From assembly GCA_037447605.1 (NCBI GenBank), contig CM074806.1:4030001-4094000 (forward strand): DNA of 64,000 nt. Reading direction: 5' to 3'. Made by a program: the position numbers and the translations under genes. Positions 31,798-41,385 of this stretch are shown here, one piece after another; the stretch's first letter is position 1, and every line of letters starts with the position of its first letter. This DNA is from Zygnema circumcarinatum SAG 698-1b. Its lineage: Eukaryota > Plantae > Zygnematophyceae. A model generated the notes under the pieces. That model did no database searches and had not been told where the DNA came from. It saw only the letters and a list, made by a program, of their open reading frames with translations.

Positions 31798-34700
31798 CTT
31801 ACCGTGAGCTGGACGGAGCTCGAGCCAGCAATGACGAGGCCAATTGAGTTGTTGACAAGGCCGATCTCGGGAATGGAGGCGACCATGTTCACACGCAGAG
31901 ATGCTGGGAGCTCTGTTCCATCGTCCATTTGGAAGCCTGGAAATTCAAAGTCAAACAAAGGAAACACCCTTCTTGTTAGATCTTTTTATATCCGATAAAT
32001 CTCGAAGTTCAGATCGTCCAACGCAACGAGCTAGAGCAATTGCCCATACTGTTCTCGTCCTCCCTCTCTTCTCCTCCCTCTGCCCGCTTCTCTCTTTCCT
32101 CCCTCAATCGGCCCTTTCTCACATTACAGTGGCGAAGAGAGAGGCAGGCTATACCTGGAGATGAGATGTAGAGAATGGAGGGATTGCTGAAAGTCATGAA
32201 CGTATCATCGAGAGGCCAATTGAAGCCCACACGTGTCGCGAGCATTCCCACGGTCCAAAAACCGTTGAGGCCAACGCTCAGCATTCGCAGGCCGTTCAAG
32301 CTGTCAAACACGGCTGGGAGAGAGAGAGAGAGATTCCCTCCAACCTTTCAGTACTGAGATGACGGCTTGCAAACTGAAAGACATCCGCCCTACATTGGAT
32401 GCTAAGCAGTGCGAGGGGTGCAGGGACCAAGGAATAACGAACAAGGCAAGGGAAGGATTGAAGGAAGTTAGCAAAGAGAGAGAGAGAGAGAGAGTGTGAG
32501 AGAGAGAGGAGGGGGGGGGGAGAGATCATCAGTAGGATGTGTGTGTGGCGTACCTCGAGTTGTGAGAGTGGCGGTATCTGATTTAGAGGAGGGAGGTGCG
32601 GGCAATGAGAGGCCGGTGAGAGAGTTGATGCTGCTGTCGAAGGCGGAGAGGAGGAACATCCCCTGCGAGGTCGCGAAGGACATGTCCACAAAGCTCGTGT
32701 TCGTGGTTTGGTTCAGAGTGTACGTCACAGAGGCCGTCGTCAGCCACGAGGTGACGTTGTCGATCGGACCGAGCTGCAAAGGGGAGGAGTAATAGGACCC
32801 ACCCAAAACAAAAGAAGAGGGAGGAAAAAAGTCAGTTGTGGGAAGAGAAAACAGAAGCTATGAATGACAACAAGTGTGTATTCTAGTCTATGAGTTGACG
32901 CCGTAAAGGATGTTGACTTGGTCATAGCAGTTTGCATGCAAGGAGAAACATGCGGTTGAATGTCTCTCACATGGGTCATCTCGCCCACTCGCTCACCTTG
33001 AGCCTGAGCCATGGATCGTTGATGGCAATGAGCTGCTTGAGCAGGCCCGACCCGGTCAGAGAGGAGGGAGAGGGGAGGGGGTCAGCGAGGGAGGGGATGT
33101 TCAGAGCTAATGTCCAGTTGCCATCATAGGCCATGGCTCCTGAAATAGTCACAAGGTCACTTGTGTTGGTGGTGGAGGTAGTCGTTGCAACATCTTGGAA
33201 GGGGTTCAGAGCAGCCGTTAAAGCTGCGTCTCCCGGAAGGCCTAAAATCTGACTTGTTCGTGGAGTTACTCGGGCGGAGGAGAGCTGAATTTTTGCATAG
33301 CTAAGCGTTGCCTGGTAGATATCATTGCTGGTAAGGGGATGAGTGGCGGATTCAATGAGAGAGGAGACGGAGGCAATCGTTTTGCTTGCGCCGGCGAGTT
33401 TGTCGAGCACGAGAGTGATGTCAGCTTCAAGGATTTGGCCGAACATGCTCCTGCAGTTGCTCATAGAGAGGAGAAGGGCAAGAGAGAAGGAGGGAGGGAG
33501 GGAGGGAGTGAGTTAGAAACCTCCAATTTGCTGTGCTGCCTGAATCGGTTCAGGGTGATAATGTGTTCAAGCTGTTGCAGCTATGTTCAGTTCATGAAGA
33601 AGATGGGAGGAGTTTTAGAAATGCTTGAAATGGAGCGGAGTTGAGAGGAAGGATGTGAGTGGTAAACCCAAAGGAAAGTCTCTCACCAGGAGACGCTTGT
33701 GTTGGGCGGCGGCAGAGGACCACAGGTAGACCACATCGGGTTTTCTGCATGGAGCAGAAGAGGGGAGAGTTAAGAGCATGTGAGGAAAGTAAGCGGGATG
33801 GGAGATAAGCGGGGAACGACAGGGAGCGAGTGGGGGGGACGGGGTGAGAAGGGTAGGGAGAGAACGAGACTGTGGGGGACGGGGGGAGAGAGTGGGAGTG
33901 AGGGAGAGGAAGGGCGAAATAGAGAGAGGGGCGGGGAGAGGGAGTGCCTGTGGGGGACGGGAAGAGAGGGGAGGGGTGAGGGAGAGGGAGGGGGCGAGAG
34001 AGAGAGGGGCGGGGAGAGGGAGTGCCTGTGGGGGACGGGAAGAGAGGGGAGGGGTGAGGGAGAGGGAGGGGGCGAGAGAGAGAGGGGCGGGGAGAGGGAG
34101 TGCCTGTGGGGGACGGGAAGAGAGGGGAGGGGTGAGGGAGAGGGAGGGGGCGAGAGAGAGAGGGGCGGGGAGAGGGAGAGGCTGTGGGGGACGGGGAGAG
34201 AGAAGGGGGGTGGAGTGGAAGAGAGGAAGGGAGAGAGGGGCGGGGAGAGGGAGTGCCTGTGGGGGACGGGAAGAGAGGGGAGGGGTGAGGGAGAGGGAGG
34301 GGGCGAGAGAGAGAGGGGCGGGGAGAGGGAGAGGCTGTGGGGGACGGGGAGTGAAGGGGGGTGAGGGAGAGGAAGGCGGGAAGTGGAAGAGGGCCAGAGA
34401 GAGCGAGACAATGTAAGGTACGGAAGAGACAGGTAGAGAGACAAAGAACAACTAAGGGAGAGGGAAAGCGAAAAGCGAGGACAGTTGATGCAGAAAGAGA
34501 CGGGAAAGTGGCGGGGGAGAAGGAAATGAATGACCGACAATTTCTGAAGTTAAACTAATTTTCAGCCTCTTTTTCCGAGTGAGCTTGCTTATGGAAAAGT
34601 ACTCACTGTTCATCTTGACGACCTCCTTCACTGCGACTATGGTCTGATTGGTTCCGTCGGCCGCCGTGTAACTGACCGTCTCCGGAATCTGAGCATAGAG

Positions 34701-35754
34701 CCGCATGATGCCCCACGCGGCGTCCCATACTCCCACAAACTGCGCCACAGTTCCGTGATCCGATAACGGAAACACGTCGACACATGTGCCGTTGATAGTG
34801 GCGTTCGCCCTCAAGTAGGCCTCGGAGACGTTCGCAGGGACGCTGCCCGGGTCGATGTGGGCGATGCGGATGGCGGTGATGGTGCCGATGCTGTTCACAA
34901 CGTAGTTCCATGCGAGCGTGCTGTTGACTTGCTGTTCCGTTATCATTAACGGAGGAGTGGTGGTGGTAGTGTTGTACACGACAGGGATGGTGAGGTAGGA
35001 GCTGATCTCATACGACTGAGGGGGGTCGGCACCTGCATTGCATTGCATTGCAGTGCAGTGCCCGGATTAAAAATGAGATCAAAATTAAAACTGACACGAC
35101 CGAAGATTAAGATTAAAGTTAAAACGAGCAATGAGTGCTTTATTCATATTAAGTTAATTATTTTAATGCTTAGTTTTAAATTTTATTAAAAATTAAGCGT
35201 AAAACAGCTTATATATCGAAGCACACACCTGTAATGTCTTCCCAGTTGGGGATGCTCTGAACCCCCAAAGCGTAGGCGGGGAGGTTCGAACTGCTGACCA
35301 CCGCCGCGCTGCCGACCTGCACTTTGTAGGCCGTCCCGCGGCCCTCCGCCGTGACGTCACCATCCTCGTCGCTCGCCTCGCGGTACCCGAGGGAGACGTA
35401 CGCCGTCGTCTCGTCGTCAGATTCATTGAACCCGGTCAGGCTCGGGGGCGCGTCCAGGAGGTGCTGCACGAGGAAGGCCTGCGGGTCCTTGAGGAGGATG
35501 CTGGCGAGCTTGAGGAGGGCGCAGGGGGGGGAGAGAGGGAGGGGGTCTATGGCGGCGGAGGAGTAGTTGAGGGTCTGCGTGCAGTTGGAGGTGGAGAGGA
35601 GGCGGCGAGCGGGGAGGCGGGAGGGGCGGAGGATGCAGCTGCTGAAGGGGCAGGGACGGGCAGAGGAGGAGGGGAGGGAGGAGAGGAGGGAGAGAGCGAG
35701 GAGGGAGAGGGAGAGGAGGGAGAGGAGGCGGGAGGGTCCGGCAGAGGGCGCCAT
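27522..35754 (-). CDS. Large secreted protein of unknown family, ~1,463 aa, 16 exons (minus strand): 35754-35229, 35032-34607, 33744-33687, 33450-32997, 32773-32554, 32313-32155, 31981-31803, 31622-31494, 31329-31102, 30862-30736, 30594-30314, 30143-29796, 29567-29366, 29210-29018, 28824-28263, 27821-27522
   Basis: Signal peptide ([23 protein letters not shown]), many N-X-S/T sequons, a long region of alternating polar/apolar beta-strands, an Ala-rich heptad region with a Cys cluster, and a C-terminal beta/alpha module. The exon chain is phase-consistent using one GC donor (31493) and one weak AAG acceptor (31982). C-ending codon bias supports the chosen frames. Confidence 0.8.
28115..28246 (+). 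repeat. (TGCACA/TGCACC)n hexanucleotide repeat in the last intron of the large secreted protein gene
   Basis: Read directly from the sequence. Confidence 0.92.
33860..34350 (+). repeat. G-rich minisatellite, 78-bp unit, about 6-7 copies, in intron 2 of the large secreted protein gene
   Basis: The anchor gagtgcctgtgggggacgg recurs at 33942, 34020 and 34098 (period 78), with variants near 33865, 34176, 34251 and 34329. Confidence 0.9.
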
Positions 35755-37776
35755 GGTGGAGTGGGAAGGAGGGGGGAGGGTGAGGAGGAGGGTAGCAAGA
35801 GAGAAGGAGTGGGAGAGGGTGAGGGAGTGGGAGAGGGAGTGGGAGGGAGAGGAAGGGGGAGGGAGAGGGAGAGACGGCGATGGAGAGGGAGGGCGACGGG
35901 GAGGCCTATATCGTCAGTGAGGGCAAGGAGTGAGGCCGCACGTGCGAGCGCTCTGATTGGCCCGCGTGGGATCGTCCTCGCGGCGGCTCGCCATTGGCCG
36001 CCGACGCTCGGCGGCGCTGGATCTGTCGGTGGGCGGATTTGGGTGTCGCTCCGAGAGAGAATTTTGGTATTAGAGAAATGTGGAGTTCTTTCGATTAATA
36101 TGGCCGTCGATTTTAAAAATCGGACGGCGGACGTGTGCCGAAACATTAGTGGGATTTGTGGGAGCCAAAATGCAATTTGTTGTCTGGAGATTCTGAACTA
36201 GAATTGGGAACGGCTTTTCAAGGAGATTGCAACTATCGGTTCCGGTATGTGATTGGCCCGTTCAATGGACCAACGATGATTGAACCCTTTGTCCCGTAGT
36301 TACTATAAGACAGTTTAGGTTCCGTGCGAAACATCGAAGATGTGGATGTCGTTTGTACGGCATGTCGGTTTGCAGATGTGAGAGGACAAAGGCGGCCGTT
36401 GATTGGCCATGACCCAGCCATCGATTTTGAACATAACAGGAAAAAAGAAAAAGCAAAATCTTTCGATCAGATCGTTCAAATTTGGTAGCAATAATGTCGT
36501 TGCAATAAGTCACAAGGATTGTCGTTTTGTCGTGTAGGGATCTGGATATGCTGGACCAATGATTTGTCTTTATCCAATTCAGATTGCACAAAACGACAAG
36601 TCAGCGGTACGAAAGGAGATCTGCGCGGCAGAGCCCTTCGCTTTGATTGGCCGGTACTCGCCGGTCCTACGTGGAAAGAATCTGGAATGTCCGAAACACG
36701 ACAAAAATGGGTGCCGTACGATTCCTGCGACTGCGCGGTACCTGCCGTTCGATGCGGTTCAAGGTAGCGTAAAATAAGGACCTTCTTACGGTACGGCAGA
36801 GTTGAAACACACGCTGGCTGGTGACACGGAACACGGTCGGAAGGAACGGGACAAGAAGGAATGGGGGCTCCTCTGTCGCCCGACTTGTGGGGTGGTGCCA
36901 CGTGGCGCCGAGTAGGCAGCCTACCGACATTTCGCGCATGTCGTTTTCTGGAGGAGGCGAGCGCTGATTGGCTGAGATCCTCGCGAGTGGCCCTGTCCGT
37001 ACAGGGCGCGGGCCCATAAATAACGCCGTGTCGACCTTCTCCTCCCCCTTCTCTGAGTCGCTGTCTTCCCTCTCACTGTCCCTCCAAGCCTCTGCCTCCC
37101 CCTGTGTTGTTCGATAAACTACGAAGCGCCCTGACTCCAATTTTCAATTGTTTTATCTTTCAACTTGGCATCTTACCGACCGGCATTATCGAAAGGCGAA
37201 GGCTGCGTTAGGAGGGTTATGACTTGTAGCTTGTTCCCAACATTGCCTTCACATTGAAGCGGGTATTTCCAGTTGGAGCCCCCCCAGAACCCCCCTCCCT
37301 GGTGGGATGGTTCCCATGCCCATTGCCTTCCTCAAGCAGAGTGACAACAGTGGCGAAATCATCTCGAAGCTGAGTTGTGTGGCACAAAGAATGGCATCTC
37401 GGCAGACTCATTTTGGGGAAACTGAAGCACTCCAAGGAGGGAATGTTCACGAAGTAGTTCATCGTTAAAAACACAGTTTAATAAGAGAGTGTTCTTTTGT
37501 ACAGTAAAAGAACGGAAATCTATAACTATTTTCATAGCACGGAACACAGTCAAAACAACAAACACAAAATCTGTCCATCCCATACGTGCTTTCACCTATG
37601 CAGTTTTCCCTCAGTTCCATACAAGAGAGATGGATGCTCAATACGCAAATAAACAATGCTTCTTTACAAACCCTCTTCGCCTCTCAAAAGAAAAGGAAAA
37701 AGGGGAGGAACTACAGTAAGGAAAAGGAGAGGAGAGCAGAAGATTCCGAGGAAGAAATTGCGTCAAGTTAAACCCT

Positions 37777-40190
37777 TCACATGAGCATGCCGCCCATCCC
37801 CGGCTCGGGGAAGACTCGAGTCAACAGCGAGTACATGCCGCCGCCCACCAAGAAGACTCCACTGCAAAAGTACCCATATTTTATCAAGCACAAAAAAAAT
37901 CTCAGTAAATTCCGACTCAAATCATGGCGTAACCCTAAAAACTTCACATTGGCAGGGCCTTAGATTTTCCTTCGGTTTGAGCTTCAGCGCCGTAACTACA
38001 TCACATTTCCGGATGGAAGTTCCAACTAAGAACTGCCAACCTTCTCATCAGGCAACCTATATAGATCGCTCCTTTTAGGTCAGGGATAGAGCCACCATCT
38101 CACCTGGTTGGGTTGATCCATTTTGAGTACTGACGGAGCGAAAGGATTCTCTACACAATCGTTTTCCAACCAGCACAAAATAGAGTAGGTCAAGATTTCA
38201 CGCTAGCTCCCATAAAAAAAAAAAAACCAACCGAAAGAGACTCCTTACAGGTACACCCATCACTCCCTCCCTCACACATCGTTGTGCTCTCACCTTGAGT
38301 GCTCCCGTGAAGGAGGCAGCGAGGAGGAGAGGTGCCACGTATCCTGTCGTATATGCGAGCAGCAGTGCAGCTCCCACCGCCGGATCCTACCACATAGAAC
38401 GCCCAGTTCTGTTAGAGCCAGCACAGAAACGGCCGTTCCAAGCTAAGGAGAGAGGGGAGGCTCGTGGGAGAGGGAGTTAGAGAGCGGGGAGTGGGGGGGG
38501 GGAGGGAGCGAGGAAGGGAGGGAGGGGGAGGGAGAGAGAGAGAGAGAGAGACGCGAGAGGGATGGATGGTACATATGTCGACATACTTCGGTCGACGCTA
38601 CATACGCCAAAAGTGATGCAAGGACGGGCGTGCTACAGGGAGAGGCTGCGAGAGCAAAAGTCAAACCCGCCAAATACGTCTGGACACCTGTAACAAGCGC
38701 GGGTCGTATAAGGTCAAAGAAGTCAACGGGGTCAACGAGGTCAACGAGGTCAACCTTCCTGGCTCAGACCACTGCCCAAGTTGGCACACTCAAAAGGAGA
38801 CCATTTCAGGGTTTGAACCCGCGACCTGAGGGAAGATCGGCAGCCGCCGTCCTCGGATCGAAGTTTCCGAAAAACGATGGGAGCTGCAGAGGTACAACCT
38901 GAACCCCAAACCTCGTCCAATCCTTTCTTTTTACTTATTTGTTCATTATTCGGCACACCCATGAGCAGCAAAATGCCCACCGATTCTTTCACTTCACTTC
39001 GTGTCAAAACTAGGGTTTTTTTTTTGAAGAATAGTACCTGAAGCAGATTTAGACCCATTAGTATGGCGATGCAGGAAACTGCAATGGGAAGTCCGGGTCC
39101 TATTTGGCCATAGGCTTTGCCGGCCAAAGAGGCGGCGATACCCAGACCTGCTAAAGTGGTAGCTAGGCCAAAAGTGAAGGAGAGGGAGTCTCCCACAAGC
39201 TGGGAGAGGAATTTCAGGTTTGGAAAAACCCAGAAGGAAAAAAAGGGGCGGGAAGAGTCAGGTGAAAGAGTGGAATACGACCTTTTTTTTGCGATTAAGC
39301 ACCACGGTTCTATGTTTGGTTCTGCGCTGTTTGAACATTTGGAACGGAAGAGAGGGCAAAGGTGATCACCTGCATTCGGCTTTTCCCTGCTTCATATCCG
39401 CCTGGTTTAGACCCACATCCCAGATCCTTCTGACAATTGTGAGAGAGAAGATAAAGAGAGAGAGAGAGGGAGAGCGAGAGAGAAAGAGAACGATTACGAG
39501 AAAGAGAAAAAGGGAGAGGGAGAAAGAGAGAGAGAGAGAGAGTACCTATGTAGCCGATGGTGAGAGGGAGAACGCTGAGAGTGCAGGGAGAGAGGCTGGT
39601 CACAAGACCGGCTCCCAAAATTACGCCCACACTGCATCCACACAACACTTGACCCAAAAAAGAAAAGGGGGGGAGGGGGCCAAAAAAGTTTTGTTTGTGC
39701 TTCTGCTTCTGGACCAAAGATGAAAGTAGTTTCTTGAGAGGCAAATTCAGTTTGTGTTTAAATACCACCAATGGACGGTGCAATTCGGGCAGTGTTCCAT
39801 TGTTGAGAAAAGAAATTGAGTTTATGTCAACATTATGCCATTGAAAGTGAACACTTGAATACATCTGAATGTGGGACAAATGAAATTTTACCTTGTGAAG
39901 GTCAAGCCGGAGGCGAGCTGTGATTGGACGACATCGTTTGCCTGCTGCCCGGCTGCAAACAGAACTTCCCCAATATTGTCGCTTAAAGAAGAATCCGCGA
40001 TTTCTGTCAAAAAAATTCCGCTTCCATGCCCGGTCTGAACAGCAGACACACAAATGCATACGAACTGTAAGCAAAAAAAACAAACAAATAGAACTGAGGA
40101 ACTTCGACTGATCCATTTTGGTCGTCATAGAACATAGAACTAGAAACATGCTTAACGTGATATGTGTGCCTATGTGTGTGTGTGCGAGAG

Positions 40191-40228
<38 letters not shown>

Positions 40229-40443
40229 AGACGGATAGGGCGAGGGCGGGCAAAGGCGGGCGAGGGAGGGGAGGGAGGGAGGGAGGGGGAGAGAGAGAGG
40301 GAGGGGGAGAGAGAGAGAGGGAGGGAGAGATGGAAGCAGACCTCGAGTGCGGCTGCAAGCGCATGAGGAGAAAGCAAAAGACTGAGTCCCACAAACGTTC
40401 CGATCGCCAGAGCCGCTGCTTGGCGAGGAAGAGACTGGGATAC
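37777..40443 (-). CDS. ccdA: Cytochrome c biogenesis protein CcdA (thylakoid DsbD-type thiol-disulfide transporter); C-terminal part of an apparent D27-like-CcdA fusion. Exons 40443-40342, 40034-39892, 39631-39546, 39401-39370, 39199-39038, 38898-38826, 38687-38587, 38386-38294, 38150-38104, 37861-37777
   Basis: [49 protein letters not shown]...[61 protein letters not shown]...GGGMYSLL. Both catalytic PC cysteines are present and all phases are consistent. Confidence 0.96.
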
Positions 40444-40551
40444 CTGCAAGGGGCCAAAGGAGAGGGTGAGAGAGAGAGGAGAGAGAGAGAAGAGGGAGGG
40501 AGAGAAAGGGAGAGCAAAGGGCATTTGGGTTGGCAAGAAAACAGTACACAC

Positions 40552-41324
40552 CTGAGGACAGGTGCTGCTGGGAAGCTGCACGGAAGCGGCAGTCGCTACA
40601 GGACAAATGGCCAAACACGGAGACTTTAACGCTTCATCCTGCTCTCTGGGAAGGGGGTCCACTCCAAACTTGAACTGAATCGCAGCACACATAGAACGGC
40701 TCGTCAGGATTGGGAGACTACTCCGGCATGTATCGAATTCACTTGCCCATCTTTACATATAGAAAACACTCTCGGTCTGCCTACCTCCCTCTCCCTCCCT
40801 CCCTCTCGTCCTCCCCTTCCTGCCTCCCTCCTCCGCTCCCGACCTCTCTCCATCCTCTTTACCCTTTCGCCCACCCTCAATCTCACTGCCCCCCTGCTCT
40901 CACTCACCCTCTCACCCTCACCCCACCCTCCGTTTCCCCCCCCCCCCCCTCTTCCCTATTCTTTTCAGTTCTCCCTTAACATTTGCTGGCCAATAGCAAG
41001 TCGCCACCTGGCAACTGAAGTCGGTGTAGTCGGGCTCCATCGCGAGGGGGATGCCCATGTGCTCACGGATGAAGGTCTGCATGGACCACCCTAACCTCAT
41101 ATCTCGGTATTTTTGGAGTTTATGGATTTAACTTCTTATATAACTCATACTGTCGAACAAATCTGCTCATCAAGGATACTCACAAACCGTTTAACCTTGA
41201 CAGGAACCGCCAAAAAATCCGCCATAGTTCACGTGGGGAGGCACCCTATTGACAGACGGGAAGACGAGGGAGGGCTGGCAGCAAAGGGGGGGAGAGATGG
41301 TGGGGGAGAGTGGGGGAGAGGGGC

Positions 41325-41385
<61 letters not shown>

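Noticed and set aside
33615-34540. Pro-rich and Gly/Arg/Glu-rich ORFs; also considered as a CRISPR-like array
   Set aside because: They derive from the 78-bp minisatellite. The units are contiguous with no unique spacers, there are no cas genes and the context is eukaryotic.
27522-35754. Calling the large secreted-protein gene a pseudogene because of an in-frame TAA near 31986
   Set aside because: An alternative AG acceptor at 31982 restores a continuous frame, and the other 14 introns are phase-consistent.
35461-36201. 246-aa Gly/Glu-rich plus-strand ORF
   Set aside because: Antisense shadow of exon 1 and the CT-rich leader of the large secreted-protein gene.
36667-37140. 157-aa minus-strand ORF (MESGRFVV...)
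   Set aside because: Non-ATG start, low-complexity content from a CT-rich leader on the other strand, and no family match.
39866-39878. USE-like GTCCCACAT on the minus strand, suggesting an snRNA or telomerase RNA promoter
   Set aside because: Inside a CcdA intron, incomplete consensus, no properly spaced TATA and no recognisable RNA downstream.
39310-40692. 460-aa ORF read as a single unspliced protein
   Set aside because: It runs through CT-repeat introns (SLSL runs) and leaves the CcdA frame at 40034-39892. Only parts are real exons, and its ATG lies in the D27 intron acceptor region.
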